Source: Chrysomallon squamiferum (lineage: Eukaryota; Animalia; Mollusca). From it: 64,000 bases of DNA. The notes below the pieces were generated by a model, which saw nothing but the letters and a program-made list of their open reading frames with translations, was not told the origin of the DNA and made no database searches. Shown here in pieces: positions 42,437 to 56,119 of this stretch. The first letter of the stretch is position 1; each line of letters starts with the position of its first letter. The stretch covers positions 5,828,001-5,892,000 of the forward strand of contig CM022666.1 of assembly GCA_012295275.1 (NCBI GenBank), given 5' to 3'. Made by a program: the position numbers and the translations under genes.

Positions 42437-44148
42437 TGTGTTTAGTAATGACAAAAAAAAAAAACATGACAGAGAAAAACAGAAAAGGACATGGAATGGA
42501 AGGAAGGAAAAACTGAGATATTAAACTAAAATATAAAAAGAAGAAGGACAAAAAAAAAAAGAATAGAAATGAAAGTCAAAGGAACAAAATAAAACACCCC
42601 CCCAAAAAAAAAAAGAAAACAAAGAATTTAAAACATTTTAAATTAAAGCAAATGAAGCAAAAGAAAATGAAAAAAAAGAAGATAAAAAAAACAAAAATGC
42701 TTCTGGTGAAATCATTACAAGATGTATGGGCTTCAGCCTTGTTCTATTATGAAAATAAACTCAATACTCTTATGTAAACAAGGTTCCTGGGGGTCAAAAC
42801 CCTCAACAGGCGTAAGGTGGTACACAGGTCTGTGACACTCTCATAGATCACAAACCAAATGACAGGCTGCAAGTCGACATCTCATGATTTCTAACTATAT
42901 TACACGCATTTCGTTCCAGTCCACTTAATCTACGCCAAAGGAAAATTTCGGCTTTTCTCTGAAATACACACAGTCGTTGAAATTTTAAACTTCTTGACAA
43001 CAATTACGTACAGCTTGTAATTATCTCTAACAACAGTGCGTATTGTTTGGTTGGAATATTTTTCCCGTGCGTTCACTTGCTTTCCCTCATATGCAGCTGT
43101 ACCTCAGCCTCGTGTTTTGTTCAGAGTTATTCTTGGAGTTTGAAACAGGAATGCTAAATTCAGTCATGTACTATACTACCTTGTAACTCTCAACCACTCA
43201 GTATACAGGTTATAAATATGTGTATGTGTGTGAGTGTGTGTGTGTGTGTGCATCTGTGTATATATGTATACACGTGTGAGTGTAGATGTCTGTATTTACA
43301 TTTATATTTTATTACTGTACAAATGAGTCAGTTAAATTATAAATCAATATTGTTGTTAAAACAAGGAACAGTACATATTAAAAATGTAAAAAAAAAAGAG
43401 ATAATGAATATGTTATGAAAACAATACCAAATTTATATATATATTGGCCAATATATAAAAGAGTCTTAAAAATAATGAAAATTAAAAAACTAAGATATCC
43501 AAAACATTAAAAACAGTTTTCAAAAGATGTGATCGCTGACTTAAGAACAGAAACAATAAAACTGTGTTATTAAGATTCTGATTTCCTTGTTGGTGATGGC
43601 AACCATCAGGTGCTTCTGGAAGAAAATGACTACCTGTCAGTTTTTGTGAACATAGTTCTTTGAAGAATGGAAGCCAAAATCATATCAAAGAATTTGGGCA
43701 AGGACAGAAAGAGGTTAATTAAAACCTGTTACCAGGTTTTTACTGAAAAACCTACTTCGTTGTTACCTGATTACCATAGACAAAAATGTGAAAGAGAACA
43801 AAGAGAAAAAGGAGAATTGGGGGAAAAGGCTGGAAAAGGGAGAGAGGGAATGATAAGAAAGAATGATGGAAGGAATAAAGAAAGAAAGAAAAAATTGATA
43901 ACAAATAAAGAGAAAACATGAAAAGAAGATAAAAGACAAAATATTTTTACAATGGAAAGACAGATGGAAACAGGAAAATAATAAGGTTAGCAAGAAATAG
44001 TATGACTGAGAAAATTAAGAAATGGATAAAGATAGACAGAAGGATGAACTACAAAGAAGGGAATGGGTAAGAAAAAAACAAGGATAGAATAACGAAAGAA
44101 AGAAAGGAATAGCAGGAAACAGAGAAAAATGACTCCCCAAAAATCTGA

Positions 44149-44193
<45 letters not shown>

Positions 44194-44754
44194 GTAAAAA
44201 GGTGAAAGTGTTGTATTGAAGATTACAGAAATAATTAAATAAAGAAGAAACTTCTCGCCTGGTTCTTTTTATTGTTCACTTTCTTCATTACTTTAATAAG
44301 CCTCACACTAGTTCACGCATGGGTGATTTCAGAACAGGGACTTTCGGGGACACTTCTAACAAGAACAATGCACTCACTGCCACACACTCCTTCATGCATG
44401 AACGATTCTGTAAAAAGGGGGGGGATTTCAGGAACTCTTCTAAGCCAATAACAATTCACTGACCCCCCCTCCCCACCCACACACAACATCCACCAGACTA
44501 TCAAAGTATGAAAGGTCATGACCTAAGTCCAGATGGAATGTCTTTCATAAATTTGCAAACATCCAATGAGTCATATTTGATTGCTATCGATAACAAGGAC
44601 ACGAAGACAATTTTAATCTTCATTTCTGTAAAGGGGAAGGCAAGGAATTCGATACCTTTGGGCGAAACTGAACACAATGGTGGCAATTTACAGAGACCGG
44701 TTGGCGATGGTTGGCGATGTTCACGGTGCTACAGCATTGATCTTCACAACACTG

Positions 44755-45200
44755 TTGTGACTACTACCACTACCACATCGACGGTTTTCCCACTACTGCA
44801 GTGATGTTGACACCATAACAACAGCAGTGTACATATCACTACTATACCACTGAAAATAGAAATACTGTACCAATCTTCCTATCACTGTTATGTGACTATT
44901 CATACAAATACCATAACTAATGTTCACATCACTACCATGCCTATATTCATACACTACTGTAGCAATGTTTATATCACTACTATACTGTTGTTCATAAAAC
45001 CACTAAACCAATGTTCATACCACTACTATACCAGTATTCTTACTATTACCACCATACCAATGTCTATACCATCATTACCATACTAATTTTCATACCACTA
45101 CCATACCAGTGTTCATACTATTAGCATACTGAAGTTTACACCGTTACTTTAACAACAATCACACCTACTTCTACTACTATTACTACCACAATGACATTCA
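44755..45200. repeat. Highly degenerate short tandem repeat (cataccactactatacc-like)
   Basis: Recurring cactacta/ccatacc motifs with a period of roughly 22-25 bp. Confidence 0.6.
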
Positions 45201-47361
45201 AACCATTACCTCTCTGATGTTATTAACACCATTAGATTCAGTTTGTTACAATTCACGAGACTTTTTACAGTTTTTGAGTCCATTTTCACCTATTGCGTCA
45301 AGGTTTAAAGAAAATATGACACAAACTGGTTATTAGCTTAATACAGAGATTCACAATCTTTAATCATACCAGGTGTTCTGTTTTAATAAAGAGTTAACAG
45401 TTTGATATCCATTTTCACTTATTATTTCATATTTTTAAATTAACAACTGATGTGGGTAAATTGTATTTAGGCTGTATGGCCTCTTCATATGGTGATATTT
45501 TGAATTTAAATTTATTTATAAGAAATATATAAACACGTAAATACAAATACTGTCAGGATAAACTTTAAATTCAACATGGATTTTTTAAATGTTTGTATCA
45601 TAAAACTAATTAAATGAAATATGGCTTTCTGTGAAACACATATATTTTGGCAGTCATTCATATTTATACAAGTTAAGTAATAGCCAAAAGAAATAAATAA
45701 TGACTGTTTTTTGGGGGGGATTAGGTTGTTTTTTTTAAAAGATTTCACATGAGATTTATATTGAGTATTTTTTAATAGATAATGATATGTACATAGTGTA
45801 CACTGCAAACACAATATCACAAAACTATTTTCACAGCCAAAGTTTTCAATGTCATTATATTTCTCTACATGACATAACAGATTTACACAACACATTACAA
45901 TCTCTATTTCAATATTTATACATTACAACAATACAACTTCATTGTTGTTGATTTGGTGTGATATTTGAACTTTGTAATTAATTCCAGGTAATTTCCTGGG
46001 TGGGCTTTAGGGATGGGGGTGAAGGGGTTTTAGATCATGATGGTTCATTTAAAATTAATTTTGCTTTAACCAGCAGGAGATAGCGGTTATCGTCTTTGAT
46101 TTACCATTTCATTGATTAATTTTAAATCTTATCTGCAGCACAAAATGAAGTGTAACATAATTCACTATAAACATTCCAAATTTGATTTTTCAAATCTTCC
46201 AGTTAATTTGAAGTTCTTTTTAAGGAGGGGTTTAACAAAGAAGGGGGTATGATGTGTTCAAATTACAAAGCTACACTCATTTTTATTAAAATGGATTTTA
46301 ATAATACCGTAAAATTGTATCTAGCTAGGGTGGTTGAATATTTTCATTGCTAATATCAGGTGTCGTATTATGTTCGATTTTTTCTCTCTAAAATTATCAT
46401 TACTGGATAACAATGACGCACAGCATTGTTAGTCAACACATTTTGAAATTCAATTTACAGCTAAGGTAAGATTTTGCAGTTGGATGGTTATTTTTATAAA
46501 TTATTTGAATTACCTGGCAACAAACGATACAGAATAAGACATTAATCACAGTAGCAGAAGTTATTATGCGACTGAATGAGAATAATAAATTACTAAGTGT
46601 AACACATCTACCGCTCAGAATTTTGTTCTGAATACATTACAAGTGTAATATTTCTTACAATTTCAGTCTGAATAATCCTTTATCTTGAATTTCTATTGAC
46701 CATTGTTCCATGTAATCACAGTTAAAATACTTCGGTGGTTATTAAATTCAAGTAACAAATTTTGTTTTGGCCATTACTAAGCAATTTCATAGCTGGCTGA
46801 TTGCTTTGTTCCAGTTTTTCCTGAGACTGTTGTCACCAGTGTAATTTTTGTTGTAAGGATAATGAAAGACTGAGTAAAATTATTATAGATAAATGAAGGC
46901 TTTGGAAAATGGTATAATATCCTATGAGCTGAATTTATTTTTATAATTCTGTCTCTGTGTGTTTGTGTGTGTGTATGTGTGTGAGTATGTGAAAATATGT
47001 GTTTATATATATGTGAATGTGTGTCTGTGAATGTGTGCATTTGTCTACATGTGTTTGTGGGTATGTGTATTTATAATATACATTTTCTAATGAACAGATA
47101 TGTGTGTGTGTAGCTGTGTTTATGTGAATATTTATGTTAATATGTCATCTTTTTCTATCTCTCACATACACGAATAAATGAACTAAACAAATGAAAATGA
47201 AATATAACAAAAACTCAAACAGTAACCAATTAACATCTCTCTCTCTTTTTCTCTGTCACTGTTTCCTCTCTTTCCCACACTCTCTCTCTCTCTCTCTCAC
47301 ACACACACAAAACACACACACAATGACACACACACGCACAAATTCATATTTCTGTACTCAC

Positions 47362-47520
47362 CATCAAATTTTTTCGTTCTTGATGAGAAGGTGGTTCTGA
47401 TAAGTTTGTAGGCTTGGTTCAGCTGCTGCTCGTGTTCTTTCATACTTAGGTGTTTGAGTTTGCCCTCCATGTCACTGGTGCAGCAAGTGTATCCCTGGGG
47501 ACAAACATCCAAATGATCTC
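47362..47520 (-). CDS. GPC6: Glypican (GPC4/6-like, Dally-like subfamily), internal coding exon equivalent to exon 2
   Basis: Minus strand reads ttttgcag|GA GAT CAT...TTT GAT G|gtgagt; 159 bp, phase 1/1. Translation: (G)DHLDVCPQGYTCCTSDMEGKLKHLSMKEHEQQLNQAYKLIRTTFSSRTKKFD, containing the glypican CPxxxTCC motif and closely resembling vertebrate GPC4/GPC6 exon 2. The symbol denotes the closest family, not proven one-to-one orthology. Confidence 0.95.
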
Positions 47521-49529
47521 CTGCAAAAATGTAAATTAGGTTAAAAATGTATTTACAATCATTCTGAAGTACAAATTGTCACAAATTTGGTTTATATTTG
47601 GGAGTTGGGGGATTTCACAGTGTGTGATAATTAAATGAACTCTGAAAAATTAAATTTTATATATCGTTTACATTTTTCAGTTTATTTTTTAGTCTATCGC
47701 TATATGATAAATTTCACCTCACGAACATTTTTTTTTTTTTTTTTATTAAACTTTATTCAGTAATATACTGAAATCATCTGGGAAAAAAATTGTAATAAAA
47801 TATCATTTGCATTTACATTTTCAGTCAAATTAATATAACATATGAGATAATTCAAGTGATTTTATAAATACTGTCAGTTTTTATTTTTCATATTAATTTA
47901 ATTATATTCTAACTTGCACTTATTTATGTATATAATGACAGTATGAAAAAAATAATGTATTAAAAAAAAAAAATAATAACAAACAAATAAATAAAAATAA
48001 AAATTTATTTTAAATACTGAATTAATTATATTAATTTGTTACTTACATAATCAAAGTAGTTTCTCTTATTTTATATTAAAATGAAAATTTAAAACGTTAC
48101 TTTATTTTGTTGTTTTTAATGAATTTTGTTCTGTTTATATATAATGGGCAAGTGATTCCATACCTAAAATATTACACTCATGTGACTAACTACAAAATTT
48201 TAAAATTTTATATTTTTATATTTAATCTTTTTTATTAATTGGTTATTATATATAAAACATTGTAGTTGCATACATGTGTGTATTTGTGTTTGTGCAAGTG
48301 AAGGTATGTATGAGTGTATTTGTGTGCACATTTTAATAAAACAAAAAAAAAATAAATGTCTATAAAAGAAAACAAAAAATAAAATAAATGTAAAAACTAT
48401 AAAAAATAAAGAAATATTAATAACCCTTTCAAAAAAATAAAATAAAATAAAATAAAATAAATAAATAAATATAATAACTGAATTAAACCAAAAAAAAAAG
48501 ATAAATAATAATAAAAGATTAGAAGGAATATTAACTATATATATATATTTGTATGTGTATGTGTGTGTGTACATATACAGATTATATATAATCCCACCAA
48601 TCTTTTAACAAATCTCTAATTAACTAAATCAGTCAAGCACATCATTCTACATTCCTCAAAAAAAAAAAAAAAAAAAAAAAAAAAATAATAATAATAAACA
48701 AAATAAACAAAATAAACAAAATTTAAAAAAATAAATAAATAAATAAATCCATATAAAAATAATAATAAATAAATAAATAAATAAATAAACCAACAACAAC
48801 AACAACAAAACAAAAAAATGTCTAAAATGCACCATCACTTGTTAACAAAAGAAATCCCGAAAACTGATCCATAATCTATTTTACGTAGGAATTATTCGAC
48901 CAGAAAGAAAAAAAAAAAAAAAAAACAACAAACAACACAGATCAACCTCTCCCACCAAATAAGTATAAAGTTACAATGCAATGAATGGAAAAATATGAAA
49001 TGTCAAAAGAGACGGGCCACAAAGGCATGGGAAGCCAAGCTGAAGTTATTTCGACTCTGCACACTGGAAACCTTTATATTTATCTGAATTAACCATTCCC
49101 AGAGCAAATGACCCTTGACAAATGGGCCTGCTCCAAGCGTGTACAAATTCATTATGCATTTCACAAAGCAGTTATTTGCTACTGTGAGAAACAAGTTGAT
49201 CAAATGACAATTAAAATATATGAAACGGTTGCATGTGGTTATGAAGATAAATGCCTCTGATAAAAACAGATTAATGGTGTGTCTGATGATACAGATCGAG
49301 TATTATACATTTTAATTAGTATTGAGCTTTGGATTACTTTGTGTTCTGTATGTCAAAAATAGTATTCTGTAAGACTTGTTTATAAATCCAGTTATGATTC
49401 GTAATTTGTTTTCTGCGATAACTAATATCATTAAGACTGTTAAGATTATTTTTAAATGAATTCCCCCATTACAAGATTATTTTGTTATAAGATTCATTAT
49501 GTCTTAAAAACCGTTCCTTTAAAACTAAA

Positions 49530-49665
49530 CTCCCATTGTGATTTGAAATTTTGTTTATGGAAAATCCCATTGTGATCTGAAATTTTCTTTATGTAAAATT
49601 CCATTGTTGTTTAAAATTTTATTTATATAAAATTTCACTGTAGCACAAAATGTTCTTTATGTAAT
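49530..49665. repeat. ~34-bp tandem repeat, 4 copies
   Basis: cccattgtgat(t/c)tgaaatttt(g/c/a)tttat recurring. Confidence 0.75.
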
Positions 49666-50663
49666 GTGTTCCATTTAGGCTGAATCATCCATTTAAATTA
49701 ATTCCCAGTGCATTAATAAAACTTTGAAATGTTAAGGTGTATTTTCCAGCATCCAGTTTTGTATTCATTTATTTATTTTGCTACTAGGTTTATTACCACT
49801 TTTTATGTCTTCGAAATGATGCACATAAATATGCTATCTTTGTTTTTAATTATTAACTTCTTTTTTTTTTTTCTTTTTTTATAATGAACATTTAGTTTTC
49901 TGCAAAAATCCCAATATAATGCTATAATCTAAATATTTAAAAAAAATTAAAAAAAACAATTTACAAAAAAAACAATTCCTATTATTTAATTATTGATTTA
50001 TCCTTGTACCAAAGCCCACAAAATATTGTCAATAAATTCATTTTCTAATACAAAAAAAGTGAAAACAAAACAAAAACAATACCTCTGACAACATAAAAGA
50101 TAATTCAGATCAAGCCCAGCTATAAAATTATGAGACATATATGCTAGTCGGTGAAAACAATATTTAATATCAATATACAAGGTACTTGTAAGTGTGCTCA
50201 TACATAAAATATTGCCTGTTATGGTCTGTGAGGTATTATTAATACCACACAGTCTATGTAAGGACACAGACATTTAGTAATGGGCAATACTAAGTCTATT
50301 CAAATATTTAATAGAATTTATTGCCATTTGCATACTTTAATGTCATGAATTTTTATTATTTCTCTTTTTCATATATATATTTTTTATTTTTTTATTTCCT
50401 TCTTTGTTATTTATTATTTTCATCATTTTATATTTAATTTGTTGTGGTTTTTTTTTTTGTCTTCACTGTTAACAAGTGATACTAAAAAGAAAAAGAATGA
50501 GAGATGGACAGAAGAAGGGATAGACAGAAAACAAATGAACTAAAATGTTATCAGTAATAGATATAGTTTGCTTCTTGAAGGTTAATTTGTTTGGGAGGTT
50601 TACTAGAAGGATATTGTTTTATTTGTGTATGTATTCGAGTACACTAGTCTACATACATATGCG

Positions 50664-50704
<41 letters not shown>

Positions 50705-51421
50705 ATGCATTCGTGTGTGCATGTGTGTGTGTGTGTGTGTATGTGCATATGTGTTTGTGTGTTTCGTTAGTGTGGTTATATGATTAAAACATTACAAATA
50801 CCATTCTTCTTTCAGAGTTTGCAACCTACTCTTTCTTTTCTTATTTTCTTCTTAAATTCTCTATAAATACCAAAATCTCACATATATTCCAAAAGGATAT
50901 TTCTTCTTTTTTCTTCTTCTTCTTTTTTTTTTTTTTTTTTTTTTTTTGTTTTGTGCTTTTCCTTAACCTTTTAATCTTTTCTATCTACCTCTCAGGTAAC
51001 CATGGCAACAGCTGACCAGAATGGTCAGTGCACCTGACACCAGCTTTGTAGCATCTCTGGCATTAATTTCCTCCCCCCTGCCTCTCTGTTTTGCCATCAA
51101 AATGCAAGGGACCCAGGGCTTCCTGGACAGCAAAGTCAGCCATTACTTAACAGCATTCATCCATCATTCAACAGCAGTTTAAAATATTTCTACATGCTTT
51201 TGACACCTACCAGAGACCGAAGAGCGACATACTTTTATGTAGGTCGTTTTGAAGGTGTTTGTTGTTGTTGCTGTTGCAGTAGTAGTGGTAGTGGTAGTGG
51301 TGGGTGGTGGTGGTGGTGTTGGTGTTGGTTTAAAAATGGATGACAGACAAGTTATGTGGATAGAGGGAGGGTGGTTATATGTATTGAAATCAGAAAATGA
51401 TGTGGATCAGAATGTTGTATA

Positions 51422-51472
<51 letters not shown>

Positions 51473-51789
51473 AACTTGGTAACTCTCATCAACATATATT
51501 TCATGTAAACAAGAAATAACATAGTAGACCTAAATCTTTTTTTTTTTTTTTTTTTTTGTTAAATTATCATAACTTTATACTTGAATGGTAACCCTGAAGA
51601 TAAAATTAATATCTGGCAACTCAAAGAATGTTACATTTCACCATCTCCTCCAAAACAAGACTAGACCCAAGGTATGTAACATCTAAACATATAAAAAAAA
51701 ATGAAATAACAACAAAAAACCTATAAAGCTGTGTTTAAACAGTAATGTGGCAAAAACAAAAATGGTTCAAGTATGCTTTTTCTAAAGTG

Positions 51790-52085
51790 ATGGTGTTTCT
51801 GTTAAATATTTATCACAAACTCATGTTGTTTCTGTTAAATATTTATCATAAACTCATGTTGTTTTGGTTAAATATTTATCATATGTTGGTTGCGTTCATT
51901 TATAAAAAAAATTCAGGTTCTTTCTGTTAAATACTTAACATTTATCATGTTCTATTAAATACAAATAAACTTATGATAAATGTTGTTTCACTTAAATACT
52001 TATCATAAACACATGTTGTTTTTCTTAAATACTATCATACACCAGTGTTGTTTTTGTTAAATACTTATTACAAGTATTTAACAAT
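51790..52085. repeat. ~33-bp tandem repeat, degenerate
   Basis: tgtttctgttaaatatttatca(c/t)aaactcatgt; this explains the repeated LLNIYHKLM in the ORF at 51745. Confidence 0.8.
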
Positions 52086-55000
52086 CTGAACATGAGTTTG
52101 TGATGAGCAAATCCAGAAGATGAGTGTACAATAATTGACACTGGCACCTGCCAGAATTCTTCAGCAGTAGGCATTACAGCATGTGTGTGTGTGTGTGTGT
52201 GTGTGCATGTGTGTTGGATGACACTAGCAGTCAGAACACAACAACACACAATTAAGAATGGATCTGCTCAAATGGATTTGTGGAGGCCCAAACCTTAAAG
52301 TTACCAGCTACCTCTCTCTCTCTCTCTCTCTCTCTCATCAAACAAATCCACTTATTACCAGCCATATCATGCAAAAAAATACCTGCATCAGCATTCAAAT
52401 ATGGAGCAGACTAATTTTTTGTGGCAATTATTTAACTATCAATAACACTTTCCCATTCTGCCACTTGCTGTAGAAATAACCCTCATTGCGACGCCATTCA
52501 GGAACAAAAAGCAGAGCCGAATTCAAATCCACTTTCCCATGAAACGGCACAATGGATGCGATCTCTTTTTATCGTTACTTCATAAGCTGCAAGGCAGCCA
52601 CGGATATATATATACACCAGGCAGGCTGCCTGGCCATGCGTGAAATAGCAAAAGCAGGGCCACACATCGTACACATTATTAATATTTTATTGTGTGTTAT
52701 GGTAGTAAAAGATCATAAAGAGAGACCTGAATCGTGTTATCGCTGTATATGATTATCTATTTTTCGGACGTCATTTCTCGTGCACACTTTGAAGCAAGGG
52801 GGAACGCATGCTGTGGAGAGATGAGCTGCATTTGTCCACAGCGAGGTTTGACAATGTGAAGTGTCGCATGGTTCAGAGATGAAAGGGGGAAAAAAAAGGA
52901 AGAAAGATTTGTATTTAAGCACCTTCTCTAACCTACCCCATGGTAACGAGTTCCTACCCCCCATACCAAAACCAACTGTGGTGAAAAATAAAATGTAATA
53001 TGTGAGTTACACTAAGGTCTAGGCAATTCAGTTCACATAATAAATGATATGTAAATTAATAAGACTGTTTAGCTACTAAACATTGCATCTTGTTACTCTC
53101 TCGTTTTTTTTTTTTTTTTTTACTCCATCTTTTCATGTCTGCTCTCTTCTTATTTACCATCCCTCTTTTCCTTTCTTTTTACTTTCTCCCCATCTTTTTA
53201 TGTCTTAATTTAATTTATTTTAATTTATTTTTCTTATTTCTTGTACCTGTCTCCACACACACACACACACACACAGATCTCAGAAACAAAACACACAAAT
53301 CTGAAGTGGAGATTCTGAGTTGTTCCATCATTTTCCAGTTAACTTGTTCGCTCACATTTCAGTAAAATTACTCCCTGGCTTTTCAGTTAACTTTACTCCC
53401 TTACATTTCAGTGAAGTTGTTGTTCCATTCATTTTTCTGCAAAAGTTATCCCTTCACATCTCAGCGAAGTTTAAACTGTGTTCCCCAATTTTCCAATCAA
53501 TAACTACCAGAACTGGTTGAGGTTCAGGCGAGTAACAAGACAAATTTTCTTTTTAACATGAAAATACAGCAGATATTGCACGCCCTCCAATTTACATTTG
53601 ACAAAACGGAATATGATCTGTGTTTGCATAATGCCACGATGACTCATGACGTCCTTCATTAACTTTGGAACATCCCTTGTTAGATATTCTTATAAAAAAA
53701 AATTTTTTTTAAATGTTTTAGATTTGTATCGAGACATTTTGTTTCTGTATTGAAGTAATATTGGCATTATGCAAAATTACACTTATAATAAAGATTTATT
53801 TTTTTCTAAAATAAAATATAATAAAAATAATAATAATAAAGAAAAATAAGAAATATAATAAACAAATACAAAAACAAAAGCAAAAACAAAAAAAAACTAA
53901 AAAATAATAAAATAAAAACAAAAATAATAGTAATAGTAATAATAATAATAAATAAATAATAATAACCAGTCCAAAATAATAATAATAATTATAAACTTAA
54001 TAAATAAATAATAAAAATAAAATAATAATAATAATTTTTAAAATATCCAAAAGTAAGAAATAAAACAATAAAATAAAATGGATTCTTTAATAAAATAAAA
54101 TAAAAAGGAAAAAAAAAAAAGTAAAAAAAAAAAAAAATCATTCTTCTTCCAAGACAACACAACAAGACGAAACCAGAGTCAGAATTAAATAAAGGAAAAG
54201 ATAATATTACCCACATTTAGTATCAAATTGAAGTTTATATGAATATTAATCAGCAACAAATGAATATTAATCATCTGCAATCTTTGTACAGCTGGCAAGT
54301 TAATATCTATGACTTTGTATTTCATTGCAGTTAATTTAGTTTGTTGCAATGAATACGTCCAGAATCCAACTTCGCAGTAATACGTCATTTTTGGAGCCGT
54401 TAAGAAAATGTCCGCCTAACTTCGCTGTCGAAATGGAATACTTTGTTTACGACCTGGCTAAATGAAAATTTTATAAAATAAATGCATTTTCTCTATATTT
54501 AACACGACAGAAATGAATAAAATGGAAAAAAAAAAAAAAAATTCTTTGAAATAATAGCATTAGGTTCTGTAATATTGTGTTTTGTGGAATGGTGCATTTA
54601 TCAAATGGGGAAAGAGTTAAAAAAAAAAATGTTTTGAACAGTTGGAAGAGTAAAATTATCAAACTGCTGATCTTCACAGTGTTTAAGCTCTTACAGAAAG
54701 GTGTATTTTTACATTTTGTTTTTATTCTTTTTTTACACTGGAATGATATGTTATCATTTTAACACTATAGTTGTTTGTCTATTTTTTTTTTTTTTTTTTA
54801 ACGTAAAATGAAAAATAAATTTTATAGCTATATAAAATGCAGTTTTTAATATATTAAAAATCCCTAAATACATAAAAATATTTTTAAAATTTTTAAAAAT
54901 TAAAATAAAGTATAAATTAAGAAAGAAATTGAGGCCAGCTGTTCTTGCTTAAAACAATTCTTTACATAAAATGTTTCTATATGAAACAAAGATAAAGAAA

Positions 55001-56119
55001 TAAAAGCCATAGTATTTTTAGCAGATATATTAACACTTCCTTCAAAATAATTTCTAAAATAAAATGTTTGCACCTATATTAAAATTAGCCATATGATTTG
55101 AATTTAATTTTTTTTTTAATAAAACTTAATATCTTCAACTTTTTTTTTTTTATGATCTCTTTAAATAAATTTACTAAATAATTTCACTAAATATTATGAA
55201 CTGTTTTAACTTTATCTGTTAACAATCTCTTTAAATTTATTTATGAACTCAAACTAAAATCTTTTATGAATTAGTCTTGTTTAAATTTATACACTAAACT
55301 TTTTACATACACAACCCTAAGAACTGTTTAATTTATGATCTGCTTGTTTATGAACCACTCTCAACATTTATGTATAAACTATTTTAATTTGTTTACACAT
55401 TAATCTTTTTAAATTTATTTATGAACTAACCTCTTCATTACACAAACGAACTGATATATGACAACAGCATAAAAAGGGTATCTACAGCAAGACCTGTTGT
55501 ATTTTTTATGTAAACCTTTAAACATGTTATATATTAGTTTAAGAAACTGTTACTGATGGAGAAACTAGATATATTAAACAAAAAATTTAAAATCTTTATG
55601 AGAATTAAACATAAATTATTAAAAACAACTTCATGATAAAAACTACAGCAATTAATAAAAAAATTATTAAAAATAATTACAAAACAAACAATAAATTCCC
55701 ATAAAAATGCCTATGTAGTTCCAAGAAAAAAAAACCCAAAACCCCAAAGGACTTAAAAACACAAAACATTATCTAATAAACTCAAAACATACAAATAAAA
55801 TCTTTTGAGTTTATAAAACCCCAAAATGGCTAATGAACCCTAAAACACAAAAATCAGCCCCCAATTTCATAGAAAACAAAATTGATGATGGTCTAAAGTT
55901 TTAAATTCTCTTCTGAATTCAATAGTTCAACCTTTCTTTTCTCTATTAACCTGTCTAAATCTAAAACCAGCATTAAGAAGCATGAGAATATGAAAATTAT
56001 TATACAACAGCCTAAACTTTTATATTATTATTATAACACAGTTACATGACATTCATGATTTTATTAACAGAAAAGATGAATAAATAATCAAATCTCTCCT
56101 TAAATACTTGATGTTTTCC

